Origin: Candidatus Methylomirabilales bacterium
GTDB lineage: Bacteria; Methylomirabilota; Methylomirabilia; Methylomirabilales; CSP1-5
Reading direction: 5' to 3'
Length of the DNA stretch: 64,000 bases
NCBI GenBank assembly: GCA_046758505.1
Contig: JBHIAH010000003.1
Span: forward strand, 32,001 to 96,000
A program made the position numbers and the translations under genes. The notes beneath the pieces were generated by a model. It searched no databases and had not been told where the DNA came from. It saw nothing but the letters and a program-made list of their open reading frames with translations. The first letter of the stretch is position 1; each line of letters opens with the position of its first letter. Below, piece by piece: positions 30,551 to 41,476 of the stretch.

Positions 30551-31516
30551 TTAGATATTGATCTCGATCACGGTCGGGCAGTGGTCGGATGCCTTGGGAT
30601 CATTTTGGCCAACCCCGTCGAACCTCGGACCCGTATATCGCGTCGCGCGCCTGGGCATGCCCCGCCGCTCGATCGCCGGGACCGCCTTCGGATTCGCACG
30701 CGCTAAGGCCTTTGAGAGCAAGAGGTAGTCGAGTTGCCTGTATTCACGCCTACCGTCATAGTAGTGTGTCCATCGCTCGTGCTCCGGCAAGCGCCCGACG
30801 ACGTTCTCCACCCATGGCTGCCCCAAGAGCGGCTCGAGGCCTGCCGAGGGGAGGTAGTCGTTGAGATCACCCAGCACCACCCACGCCGCCGTTCCCGGGT
30901 CGTTTCCAAACCGATCCTGCAGAATCCGACGGACCGCCTCGGCCTGCACCTTCCGCCGCGCCATCGTCCGGGCCCGCCCGCCGACCATGGATTTGAAGTG
31001 GTTCACGAACACCGGCAAGACGGTATGCCGGGAGAGCTGGATTCCCACCTCCAGGCAGTCCCGCGAGAACACAAAGCTCCTCCCCCCGCGGGTTCGCTCG
31101 AACTGGTGCGTGCGGATGTAGGCCAAAGGATACGTGCTCAAGAGCGCCACGTCGATGAGCCGCGGGTCGTTGCCGTCAATGAGCGCCTTGTACGTGTACC
31201 CGTGCCGCCCCAGAAACGCGCTGATAAATCGCTTCAGCGTGTCCATCCCCTCGATTTCTTGGAGACCGAGAATGTCCGCCTTGATCGCCTTCATGGCCTG
31301 CGCGGTGAGCTGCCGGTTTTGCTCCCTAAACGGCTTGAACCTGGTCTTATCAACCGTCCAGCCGTCCTTCACCACGTCCTGGAGCTCCTGCGGGCTGTAC
31401 GGCCGATAGCGGTAGCCCCGCCTGCCGTCAGGCTTTTGGTATCGCTCCCGCACCCCCTTGAACCGAAAACGGGCAAACAGGTTCTCCGCGTTGAACGTCC
31501 CGATGCGAACTTTCAT
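30551..31516 (-). CDS. Endonuclease/exonuclease/phosphatase family protein
   Basis: [29 protein letters not shown]. Confidence 0.9.
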   Translation of the reverse strand: MKVRIGTFNAENLFARFRFKGVRERYQKPDGRRGYRYRPYSPQELQDVVKDGWTVDKTRFKPFREQNRQLTAQAMKAIKADILGLQEIEGMDTLKRFISAFLGRHGYTYKALIDGNDPRLIDVALLSTYPLAYIRTHQFERTRGGRSFVFSRDCLEVGIQLSRHTVLPVFVNHFKSMVGGRARTMARRKVQAEAVRRILQDRFGNDPGTAAWVVLGDLNDYLPSAGLEPLLGQPWVENVVGRLPEHERWTHYYDGRREYRQLDYLLLSKALARANPKAVPAIERRGMPRRATRYTGPRFDGVGQNDPKASDHCPTVIEINI

Positions 31517-31549
31517 GGGTCTCCCTCTCGTTCCCCCTTCTGGACCATC

Positions 31550-32056
31550 TTACTCGGTGTCGCAAGGCGGGTTTTTGACCTTCAGGCTCTCGAGCGTCTG
31601 GGAGGTGAGGGCCGTCTCCAGTTTCCAGTGCGGATCCGCCTGGGCGTCCCCCTTCTTCATCAAGAGCCATTCCTTCCCTGTCCCCCGCCCCTTCATGAAC
31701 GCCAAGGCGAAGGCGCCCTTGAGTTTTTTTCCCCGAAGTTCAAAGGCGAGCTTCCCGGCCTTGATTCCTTCGAGGGGATCCCTCTCGAGCGGGACATAGG
31801 TCCCCTCGTCCCAGATGACCACAGGCCCCGCCCCATAGCTCCCCTCGGGGATGATCCCCTCAAAGTCGGCATACACCAGGGGATGGTCCGCCACCATCAC
31901 CGCCAGCCGCTTCTCCGCCGGATTCATGGACGGGCCCTTGGGGACCGCCCACGACTTGAGGACCCCCCCCATCTCCAGCCGGAAATCGTAATGGAGTCGG
32001 GTGGCCTGGTGCTCGTGCACCACGAATTTCAGCGCCCGACTCGTTCTCCCACCCAT
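31550..32056 (-). CDS. Stand-alone LigD 3'-phosphoesterase (PE) domain
   Basis: FVVHEHQATRLHYDFRLE, SWAVPKGPS, YGAGPVVIWDEG. Confidence 0.93.
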   Translation of the reverse strand: MGGRTSRALKFVVHEHQATRLHYDFRLEMGGVLKSWAVPKGPSMNPAEKRLAVMVADHPLVYADFEGIIPEGSYGAGPVVIWDEGTYVPLERDPLEGIKAGKLAFELRGKKLKGAFALAFMKGRGTGKEWLLMKKGDAQADPHWKLETALTSQTLESLKVKNPPCDTE

Positions 32057-32136
32057 GAACTACTCCTTGGTCGAGGACCGACGACCGGTAACCGTTAGTT
32101 GATGAGTGACGACGGAGGACCGTGAACAATGGGGAC

Positions 32137-32239
32137 GTCGAATTTCGGATTGCGAATTTCGAGTTTCTACGAACCGAGAACTACGAATCACCAATCACCG
32201 ACCACTACCCACCAACCACGGTTTGTGAACCATGAACCC
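32137..32239 (+). repeat. 103-bp repeat, copy 1 (inverted relative to 37816-37918)
   Basis: Manual comparison, 102/103 identical. Confidence 0.9.
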
Positions 32240-32244
32240 CGATT

Positions 32245-32718
32245 TCACGCGTGCCACGCGAACAGGAACAAGGCAATCAGCCCGAGCAAGAGGACGCCAC
32301 CATTGAGAAGCACGGAGCGGCGGTGGAGCCTCTGGAAACGTTCCCGGAGTGCGGGGTCCGTTCCTGACGCCTCGATGTTTTCCACCTGAGCCCTCACCGT
32401 GACAATCTGGGGCCGCAGGATTCGGCCCATGTACAGAAACGTCCCGGTCATGACGGCAAGCACCAGGGCGACCACTCCCTGGCCCGATGCCCCCAGAAGG
32501 CTCAGGAGGAGGGCGGCGACGGTTCCCGCCGCGCCAGCGCCGTAGCCCAGCAGATAGTACTTGGGGAAGATATCCCGAACCACCTTCCCCCCGCCTGCGG
32601 TCCCGAGGACGGCAAAGATACTTGGCGAGGCGATGAAGGAGAAAAACGCGATCCCGCCAACCCACAGCGTCAGGCTGAGCAGTTCGATATAGCGCACGAG
32701 TCCCTCAAGAAGAGGCAT
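32245..32718 (-). CDS. DUF4149/TMEM205-like membrane protein
   Basis: WVGGIAFFSFIASPSIF, IFPKYY, FQRLHRRSV. Confidence 0.85.
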   Translation of the reverse strand: MPLLEGLVRYIELLSLTLWVGGIAFFSFIASPSIFAVLGTAGGGKVVRDIFPKYYLLGYGAGAAGTVAALLLSLLGASGQGVVALVLAVMTGTFLYMGRILRPQIVTVRAQVENIEASGTDPALRERFQRLHRRSVLLNGGVLLLGLIALFLFAWHA

Positions 32719-32884
32719 GGTCTGATTCCGGCTCCGCTTCCTCTCGGGCTTCCCGGCGGAGACGCTCCCTCTCCCGCCTGCGCCGATACCCCGTCTTCGG
32801 CTCGTGTGGCCGGGACGGCGGCGCGACCGGCAACCGGACGGACGGTCGCTTTTTTCTCTTCTCGACTTTCTTCTTCCCGGGCAC
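32705..32884 (-). CDS. Small basic protein
   Basis: GTG with GGAGG RBS; overlaps downstream gene start. Confidence 0.5.
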   Translation of the reverse strand: MPGKKKVEKRKKRPSVRLPVAPPSRPHEPKTGYRRRRERERLRREAREEAEPESDHASS

Positions 32885-33071
32885 CCGAAGGTCCTCCCAA
32901 CGTCCGGGGGCCACCCCTACTATAACAGAACCTCGCGGGGCCTCGGCAAGATCCTCGCGTTGCCCGGCGAGACCCCCCGCATCGGTCGGGGAAGTTGGAG
33001 ACGCTCACTCTTGCACATCAGGAGGAGAGCTTCCTCCCCTCTTCCCGCACCGGCGAAAGGGAAGACGCCGG

Positions 33072-33896
33072 TCATCCGCGGCTCCTCGGGTCCCACAGGT
33101 CCCTGAGGCCATCGCCGAGGAAGTTGAATCCCATGACGGTCACCACGATCGCGAGCCCGGGGAAGAGGGTCAAGTGGGGGGCGACCAAGAGATACTGTCT
33201 GGCCTCATTGAGCATCCCTCCCCAACTGGGCGTGGGAGGCTGGGCGCCCAGCCCGAGGAAGCTCAGGCTCGCCTCGGCGACGATGACCGACGCGAATCCA
33301 AAACTGGCCTCTACCAGGATGGGGCCAAGGATATTGGGGAGCACATGCCGGAGGATCACCCGCAGGTCCCTCCCCCCCAACGCCTTCGCCGCCGCCACGA
33401 ACTCCATCTCCCGGACCACAAGGGTCTGACCCCGGGTGAGCCGGGCATATCCCACCCAGCCGATGAGCGACAGGGCAATGACCACATTGGTGATGCTTGG
33501 ACCCAGGATGGCCGCAAAGGCAATGGCAAGGAGAATTCCGGGAAAGGCCTGCAAGATATCCACGAGACGCATCAGGAGTTCGTCCATCCACCCGCCAAAG
33601 TGCCCTGCGGCCGTCCCGACCAAGAGCCCGATCCCCAACGAGATACTGATCGCCACCGTGGCCACCCAGAAGGAGATCCTGGCCCCGTACAGCATCCGGG
33701 AGAGGAGGTCCCGGCCCAGGCGATCCTGGCCGAAGGGGTGCGTCACACTTGGCCCCTTGAGCCCCTCGGCCAAGACCTGCTCGGTGGGAGAATAGGGGGC
33801 CAGAACCGGTGCGAGGAATGCACACAGCATCACGCCAACGACGATTATCAGCCCCACGGACGATACCCTTTTCTTCCGCACCCGCCCCGTCCTCAT
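33072..33896 (-). CDS. dppC: Peptide/nickel ABC permease DppC-like
   Basis: HPFGQDRLGRD, RHVLPN, LSFLGLG..PPTPSWG. Confidence 0.92.
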   Translation of the reverse strand: MRTGRVRKKRVSSVGLIIVVGVMLCAFLAPVLAPYSPTEQVLAEGLKGPSVTHPFGQDRLGRDLLSRMLYGARISFWVATVAISISLGIGLLVGTAAGHFGGWMDELLMRLVDILQAFPGILLAIAFAAILGPSITNVVIALSLIGWVGYARLTRGQTLVVREMEFVAAAKALGGRDLRVILRHVLPNILGPILVEASFGFASVIVAEASLSFLGLGAQPPTPSWGGMLNEARQYLLVAPHLTLFPGLAIVVTVMGFNFLGDGLRDLWDPRSRG

Positions 33897-33904
33897 AATA
33901 AGAA

Positions 33905-34082
33905 GTTGTCAGCCGCCAGCAACACCCCGTTGACTGATGACTGATGACCGTCACACCGCTGCCAGCAGCCGGCCATCCGCTAGCTCGCAATTTCGGATTT
34001 CGAATTAAAAATCAACCGATTTTCCTCAATCCCAAATTCGCAATTCCCAATTCGAAATTCGTGGCGCTGATAGCTGACAGCC
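33905..34082. repeat. Intergenic heptamer repeats (CTGATGA; TTCGRAT/CAATTC arms)
   Basis: Read directly from the sequence. Confidence 0.7.
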
Positions 34083-34083
34083 T

Positions 34084-35004
34084 TTATTCATACCGGATCC
34101 GGGGGTCCGCGTAGGCGTAGGCGAGATCCGTCGCCGTATTGACCAACACGTACCCAAAACTGATGGCCAGGACACACCCCTGCACCAGGGGATAATCCCG
34201 GGCCTGGATCGCCTGGAGCGTGAGCCGTCCCAACCCCGGCCACGCAAAGATCGTCTCGGTGATGATCGTCCCGGCGAGCAACGCCCCGAACTGGAGCCCC
34301 ACGATCGTGATGACGGGAATCAGGGCAGCCGTCAAGCCGTGACGGAGGATCACCTGCCGTTCCGAAAGCCCCTTGGCCCGAGCCGCCCGGATGTACTCCT
34401 GGCCCAGGACCTCGAGCAGGCTCGCCCGGACCATCCGGGAGAGGATCCCAGCCATGGCCATTCCCAAGGTCAGGGCCGGCAGAAGGAGGTGATCGAGGCC
34501 GCCGCGGCCCGACACCGGCAGCCAGTTGATCTCGATGGCAAAGGCGAGGATCAAGAGCGGCCCGAGCACAAAATTGGGCACCGAAACCCCCAGGAGGGCT
34601 ACGAATCGGCTCCCCCGATCGAGTCCAGAGCCCTGCTTCACCGCGGCCAGGACTCCCAGCGGGAGCGCAAGGATCAGGGCCACGACGAGGCCCGCCACCG
34701 CGAGCTCGACGGTCGCTGGAAGCGCCTTCAGGACCCTGGCAAAAACCGGCTCGCGGGAGAAGAGAGAGATGCCGAGATCTCCGGTCACGAGCCCCTGAAG
34801 GAACTGCAGGTACTGCTCTGGAAGCGGCCGGTCCAGCCGGAGGCTGTGGCGGAGCGCCTCCCGCGCGGCGGGCAGGGCGGTTTCGCCCAACATTACGTCC
34901 ACCGGATCCCCCGGGGTCAGGTGGACCAGGAGAAAGACCAGTGTCGAGACCCCCCAGGCCACCGGCAGAAGAAGACAGAGCCGTCTCAGGAGATAGCGCG
35001 CCAT
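34084..35004 (-). CDS. dppB: Peptide/nickel ABC permease DppB-like
   Basis: PGDPV, YIRAARAKGL, ETIFAWPGLG, DPRIRY. Confidence 0.92.
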   Translation of the reverse strand: MARYLLRRLCLLLPVAWGVSTLVFLLVHLTPGDPVDVMLGETALPAAREALRHSLRLDRPLPEQYLQFLQGLVTGDLGISLFSREPVFARVLKALPATVELAVAGLVVALILALPLGVLAAVKQGSGLDRGSRFVALLGVSVPNFVLGPLLILAFAIEINWLPVSGRGGLDHLLLPALTLGMAMAGILSRMVRASLLEVLGQEYIRAARAKGLSERQVILRHGLTAALIPVITIVGLQFGALLAGTIITETIFAWPGLGRLTLQAIQARDYPLVQGCVLAISFGYVLVNTATDLAYAYADPRIRYE

Positions 35005-35019
35005 CGCTCTCACTCACGC

Positions 35020-35105
35020 GGGTTCATAGTTCATGGTTCATGGCAAAAATGAATTCCTAGATCTCTGAGCTCTGAACCCTGGACTCTGAACCGTGAACCG
35101 TGAAC
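35020..35105. repeat. Heptamer inverted repeat (GGTTCAT.../TGAACCG...)
   Basis: Read directly from the sequence. Confidence 0.7.
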
Positions 35106-35109
35106 GTTT

Positions 35110-36627
35110 TCATCGGCTTGCCAGCCACGCGTCTTTCAAGGTGGTAAAGTCGCCCCCCGGCATGATGGAAAACCCCCGGATCCGCGACCGGTAGGCCGCC
35201 CACCGAAGCTCGTGCCAGAGACTGACATAGGGAAGCTCTGCGGCCAAGATCTGCTGGATCCGGCCGTAGGCTGCCTTGCGTTCAGCGATGTCTGATGTCT
35301 GCCGGCCGATTTGGAGGAGACGGTCCACGTCGGGATTCTGATAGTACCCACGGTTGGCCCCTCGCGGAGGAACAGAAGCCGAGTGGAAGATGTACTGATA
35401 ATAATCGGGATCGGTGATGCCCACCCACGTGAGGACGTAGAGCTGGAAATTTCCCGATCGGATATCGGCGTAAAACGTTCCCCACTCGTAACTCCGAATC
35501 CGGAGTTGAATCCCCACCTGCGAAAGCTGAAATTGGATCGCCTCGGCGATCGCCCGACTGAGCTCGCTGGTGGTCGCCTTGAAGGTGAGGGTAAACCGCA
35601 CCCCATTTTTCACCGGATACCCCGCCTCGTCCAAGAGGCGCCTGGCCGTTTCCAGGTTGAAGGGAAAGGTCTTCACGTGAGATTCGTAGGCCCAGTGATG
35701 AGGAAACAGGAGGCCGGTAGCCGGGATCGCCTGCCGCCGGAGCAAATGGGTGGTGAGCCCCTCCCGGTCGATGGCGTGGGCGATGGCCCGACGGACGCGG
35801 AGGTCACGGAGGATCGGATCCCGAAGGTTGAAGCCCAGGTACGTGTAGTTGCTGGAGGGGACGGTGGCCACCTGGACCCCCGGCAGTGCCTCCACGAGCG
35901 GCAGGACCTCCGGGGGGAGCGATCCGAGGAGGAGATCGATCGTCCCCTTCTTCAACTCGAGGAAGCGGATGGTGGCGTCCGGGATGATCCGAAGCCTGAG
36001 CCGCCCGATCCGGGGCCTGCCGTCAAAATAATCGGCAAAGGCCTCCAACTCCACCCGGTCATTCTGCACCCACCGTTTGAACCGAAATGGCCCCGTCCCC
36101 ACCGGTGCTTGGCCAAACCCCTCCGCACGTGCGAGCTCCGCCGGAACGATCCCCACCGTGAGATGAAAGAGGATGGGGGCAAAGGGGCGCTTCAAGTGAA
36201 AGGCCACTCGATACCGATCCAGAACCTGGACCCGTTGAATCTCCTCCAGCAGGGCAGTCTGCGCCGAGCCGACCGTCCGGAGGGATTCGTAGGTAAACCG
36301 GACGTCGGCGGCGGTGAGCTCCCGTCCGTGGTGAAACCGCACACCCCGACGGAGATGAAAGATGTAGGTTCGCGGGTCGGGGCGCTCCCACCTCTCGGCC
36401 AGATCCGGGACGATCTGGAAGTGGGCATCCGTGCGGACGAGACCGTTGAAGAGCAGTCCGACGACATGAAGGGAGAGGGCATCGGTCGCGACGCGAGGAT
36501 CGAGGCTGACGGGGTTGGTCTCGATAGCGGCCGTCACCACATCGGGGGAGCGCCCTTCCCCCGGGCGACACGCCCCGAGGCCGATGACCAGCACGGCAAC
36601 CGCGAGGGGGAGCAGGCCGCGCCTCAT
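35110..36627 (-). CDS. dppA: Peptide ABC substrate-binding lipoprotein (family 5)
   Basis: LGAC lipobox, PDLAERW, FHHG, GTGPF, VRRAIAHAIDR; start at ATGA overlap. Confidence 0.9.
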   Translation of the reverse strand: MRRGLLPLAVAVLVIGLGACRPGEGRSPDVVTAAIETNPVSLDPRVATDALSLHVVGLLFNGLVRTDAHFQIVPDLAERWERPDPRTYIFHLRRGVRFHHGRELTAADVRFTYESLRTVGSAQTALLEEIQRVQVLDRYRVAFHLKRPFAPILFHLTVGIVPAELARAEGFGQAPVGTGPFRFKRWVQNDRVELEAFADYFDGRPRIGRLRLRIIPDATIRFLELKKGTIDLLLGSLPPEVLPLVEALPGVQVATVPSSNYTYLGFNLRDPILRDLRVRRAIAHAIDREGLTTHLLRRQAIPATGLLFPHHWAYESHVKTFPFNLETARRLLDEAGYPVKNGVRFTLTFKATTSELSRAIAEAIQFQLSQVGIQLRIRSYEWGTFYADIRSGNFQLYVLTWVGITDPDYYQYIFHSASVPPRGANRGYYQNPDVDRLLQIGRQTSDIAERKAAYGRIQQILAAELPYVSLWHELRWAAYRSRIRGFSIMPGGDFTTLKDAWLASR

Positions 36628-37796
36628 GGGCCAAGCCGCCCCATAGCGGTGGCCATCCGGGACAGGGCCTCCTCGAGATCGGTGTCGGCGGCGGCATAGG
36701 AGAGGCGCAGGTAGCCCTCGCCGCCGGGCCCAAATGCGGTCCCCGGGAGACAAGCCACCCCCCCGTCCTCCAACAGATGATCCGCAACGGCCTTGGCAGG
36801 TCGGCGAAGGCCCGCCACGTTGGGAAAAGCGTAAAAGGCCCCCGCCGGACGCAGACATCGGATGCCGGGGATCCGGTTGAGTCCCGTCACCAGCAGGTCA
36901 CGCCGCCGGTGAAAGGCCTCGACCATCCGGCGAGACGGAGACTGATCCCCCGTCAGCGCCACCACCCCCGCCTTCTGCACAAAGGTGGCGGTGCACGAGT
37001 TGGAGTTGACCATCAGCTTGGCGACCTGCTCTGCCAGGGGGACGGGCATCACCCCGTACCCGAGGCGCCAGCCGGTCATCGCATAGCTCTTCGAGAAGCC
37101 GTCCAGGAGGATCGTGCGGGGTTTCATCCCCGGCAGGGAGAGGATGCTGGAGGCTTCCCCCTCGTAACAGAACAGGCGGTAGACCTCGTCCGAGAGGACC
37201 CAGAAGTCGAAACGGTCGCTGAGCTCGGCAATGCGCGCGAGGCCTTCTTTTTCGATGATGCCACCGGTCGGATTCTGAGGAGAGTTGAGGATCAGGAGCC
37301 GGGTCCGGGGGGTGACCAGCCGCTCCAGGACGCCGAGGTCGAAACTGAACCCCTTCTCCTCCGTGAGCGGAAGCGGGATGGGGGTCCCGCCGGTGAAGCG
37401 AATCACTGAGGCGTAGATGGGGAAGCCGGGATCGGGGTAGATTACCTCGTCCCCCGGCTCCACGAGGGCGAGCAGGGCAAAGAACATGATCGGCTTGGCC
37501 CCGGGGGTAATCACCACCTCGGCAGGGTCGACCGGGACCCCCCGGCTCTCGGTGACGAGATGCGCGACCGCCTCGCGGAGCTCCGGAAGACCCGCCGCCG
37601 GACCGTACTTCGTGAACCCCGCATCCAGCGCCCCCTTGGCCGCCTCCACGATGTGGGCCGGGGTGGGAAAGTCCGGCTCGCCAATCTCGAGGTGGACGAT
37701 CCGCTGTCCCGCCCGCTCGAGTGCGGACGCCCGGACGAGGACCTCGAAGGCCCCCTCGACCTCGACCCCATCCATCCGTGCCGCGAATTCTCTCAT
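36624..37796 (-). CDS. PLP-dependent aminotransferase class I/II (aspartate type)
   Basis: IGEPDF, NSPQNPTG, SDEVY, SKSYAMTGWRLGY. Confidence 0.93.
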   Translation of the reverse strand: MREFAARMDGVEVEGAFEVLVRASALERAGQRIVHLEIGEPDFPTPAHIVEAAKGALDAGFTKYGPAAGLPELREAVAHLVTESRGVPVDPAEVVITPGAKPIMFFALLALVEPGDEVIYPDPGFPIYASVIRFTGGTPIPLPLTEEKGFSFDLGVLERLVTPRTRLLILNSPQNPTGGIIEKEGLARIAELSDRFDFWVLSDEVYRLFCYEGEASSILSLPGMKPRTILLDGFSKSYAMTGWRLGYGVMPVPLAEQVAKLMVNSNSCTATFVQKAGVVALTGDQSPSRRMVEAFHRRRDLLVTGLNRIPGIRCLRPAGAFYAFPNVAGLRRPAKAVADHLLEDGGVACLPGTAFGPGGEGYLRLSYAAADTDLEEALSRMATAMGRLGP

Positions 37797-37815
37797 CCGG
37801 CCCGTGTCGCGTTCA

Positions 37816-37918
37816 GGGTTCATGGTTCACAAACCGTGGTTGGTGGGTAGTGGTCGGTGATTGGTGATTCGCAGTTCTCGGTTCGTAGAAACTCGAAATT
37901 CGCAATCCGAAATTCGAC
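37816..37918 (-). repeat. 103-bp repeat, copy 2
   Basis: Reverse complement of 32137-32239. Confidence 0.9.
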
Positions 37919-37982
37919 ATTACTATTGTCCCCGGTCTCCGGTCATCGTACCGTGAACCGTAAACTCTGAACTGTGAACCGG

Positions 37983-38426
37983 CTAGGGCGTGTTCAGGAA
38001 GGCTTTCAGTTGTAAGACATCCGCAAAGAGGACCACCACCCTGGAAAGGAATGGCTTCTTGATTCGTGGTTGCTGCTCCTCGTAATAGAAGACGACTGGC
38101 CCGTGGCGAGCCAACGGGGCCGTTCGAGGGTCCTTCAACAGCATCGAGTCGAGCTTGATCAGCACCACGCGGTTATCCGCAGTGAAGGTCCGCCTCCCCT
38201 GTGTCTCCCGGAGGGTAATCTCGAACTGATTTCGATCGGGAAGGAAGACCAGGCGTTCCAGAATCCCCTGCCCCTCGCGGACCTCCTGCGCTGCGCCGGG
38301 CGTGCCCACCATCAGAGGGACCAGGGCGAAGTAGAGGACCGCCACCCCTGTGGCGATCGACGGTCCGGTTCTCTTCCGTCGTGCGAGATGCCTGCTTCGG
38401 GGACCGTCCTCTATTTGCCGCGCCAC
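37983..38426 (-). CDS. Hypothetical exported protein
   Basis: Hydrophobic N-terminal segment followed by a globular region; start uncertain. Confidence 0.5.
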   Translation of the reverse strand: MARQIEDGPRSRHLARRKRTGPSIATGVAVLYFALVPLMVGTPGAAQEVREGQGILERLVFLPDRNQFEITLRETQGRRTFTADNRVVLIKLDSMLLKDPRTAPLARHGPVVFYYEEQQPRIKKPFLSRVVVLFADVLQLKAFLNTP

Positions 38427-38647
38427 TGCTCTACCCGGTGCAGGAGGCGGGCCGCGCCGCGTCCCACAGCCTCCGCTCGCTCCCGCCACACGTCTGCCGA
38501 GGGACTGCCCGCCTCGCCCACGGCACCCGCCGCACGTTCTTTCCGTGCCTCGGACGCATTGCACGCGGGACAGCGGTAGCGCAGGTTGATGGGATCATAG
38601 CGCAGCTCGTGCTGACAGTGAAGACATCTGGCTGGAACGGCACCCAT
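38411..38647 (-). CDS. Small zinc-ribbon protein
   Basis: CLHC...CPAC; starts 4 nt after comM stop. Confidence 0.6.
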   Translation of the reverse strand: MGAVPARCLHCQHELRYDPINLRYRCPACNASEARKERAAGAVGEAGSPSADVWRERAEAVGRGAARLLHRVEQWRGK

Positions 38648-38650
38648 GGC

Positions 38651-40163
<1,513 letters not shown>

Positions 40164-40186
<23 letters not shown>

Positions 40187-40383
40187 GACTTTCTCTCACG
40201 GCAGGCATCTAACCGCACATGGCTGGTGACATACACTTACCCGATTCTGCCGTCCCTCGCAAGCGGAAACGGGAACCTGTGTAGAGTGCGTGTACTTAGA
40301 GGATAAAGGAGGAAAGGACTAAAGGGAGATGCCTTAAGTGATCCATTGGTTTGTGTTCGTTGGTTTGTGTCAGGCATGTATTT
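40164..40383 (+). repeat. 220-bp direct repeat, copy 1 (comM 5' end plus upstream DNA)
   Basis: Identical to 44814-45033. Confidence 0.95.
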
Positions 40384-40432
40384 CTGGTTCGTGTCCATGG
40401 TTCGTGTGGTTCGGAGCAGATGAGCACACATG

Positions 40433-41397
40433 AGGGTCAGGTCTTGCAATCACACAAGCACACATGAGAGACACATGAGGGTCAGAGACAGATGAGGGTC
40501 AGGTCTTGCAATCACACATGCTTCCTCTTCCCCGTCTCTTGCACCCTGAGCTTCCGACTCACTGTAGCATAGTGCACCCCCAGATGTTCCGCAATCTCTC
40601 GCAGTCGATACCCGTACTCCCGATAGGCCGCTCCTATAGCCCTCTCGCCCCGTTGGCGAAAGAGCTGCGCTAAGGTTGGCCTCACCGGTCTCCACTGCAC
40701 CCGGGGGATCTCCGGCATCCTCGCCCCCCTCTTGGTGTGTCGCTGGATAAAGGTCGCACTCCCCAGATATATCTGCCCCTGCAGTTGCTGCCACGGTTGC
40801 CGGCCGAGCCCCTCGTGAACAAAGGCCCGATACCGGGTTTGGGCACCGCTCCTCCGTTGCCCAAACTGGCCCAGGACCCACGCGACCGTCAAAAATCCAG
40901 GCGCCGATGCTAACCCCGCGGTGGCTCGATAACTGCTCCACTTCCATGCGGCCACACTCCGCTTTGCCCCTGCCCGCACGGGATTCAACACGACATAGCG
41001 ACACAGCTCCAACAAGTGCGCTTGCTTTTCTACGACTATTGCCTTATAGCGCCCTTGAAACAGATGGCCCACCCGGCTGTGCCTCCGATTGAAGGCCTGG
41101 GTGTAGACCCCGTTGAGCTGGCGCATCCCCCGAGACAGGGTGGGCTTCAGGGTTTCGATCAGCAGGTGGTAGTGATTATCCATGAGGCAATAGGCATGGC
41201 AGAGCCACTCGTAGCGAGCGATCACCTCGCCAAGAATGTCGAGAAATGCCTGGCGATCCGTGGCGTCCCGGAAGATGTTTTGCCGGGCGTTCCCGCGGGC
41301 CGTGAGGTGATAGACTGCGCTCGGATATTCAATGCGGAGGGGGCGACTCATGCCAGGAGGGTACCAGGGGATCTGTAGGATTGCAAGACCTGACCCT
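40433..41397 (-). mobile_element. Y1/HUH (RAYT-like) transposase element bounded by 19-bp inverted repeats
   Basis: AGGGTCAGGTCTTGCAATC at 40433-40451 and 40495-40513; exact reverse complement at 41379-41397. Confidence 0.82.
40512..41351 (-). CDS. REP-associated-type tyrosine (Y1 HUH) transposase with C-terminal HTH
   Basis: YHLTARGN, NHYHLL, GHLFQGRY, RYVVLNP, WSSY; HTH LREIAEHLGVHYATVSR. Confidence 0.92.
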   Translation of the reverse strand: MSRPLRIEYPSAVYHLTARGNARQNIFRDATDRQAFLDILGEVIARYEWLCHAYCLMDNHYHLLIETLKPTLSRGMRQLNGVYTQAFNRRHSRVGHLFQGRYKAIVVEKQAHLLELCRYVVLNPVRAGAKRSVAAWKWSSYRATAGLASAPGFLTVAWVLGQFGQRRSGAQTRYRAFVHEGLGRQPWQQLQGQIYLGSATFIQRHTKRGARMPEIPRVQWRPVRPTLAQLFRQRGERAIGAAYREYGYRLREIAEHLGVHYATVSRKLRVQETGKRKHV

Positions 41398-41476
41398 AAA
41401 CCTTCTCTAAACCTTCTAAACCTTTGACCCTAAACCTTCCTAAACCTTCGCCTTCGCGGGGCAGGCGCGGAGGGCG

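Noticed and set aside
40381..40520. CRISPR array
   Set aside because: Units are nested partial copies of the element junction with no unique regular spacers; no cas genes in the window
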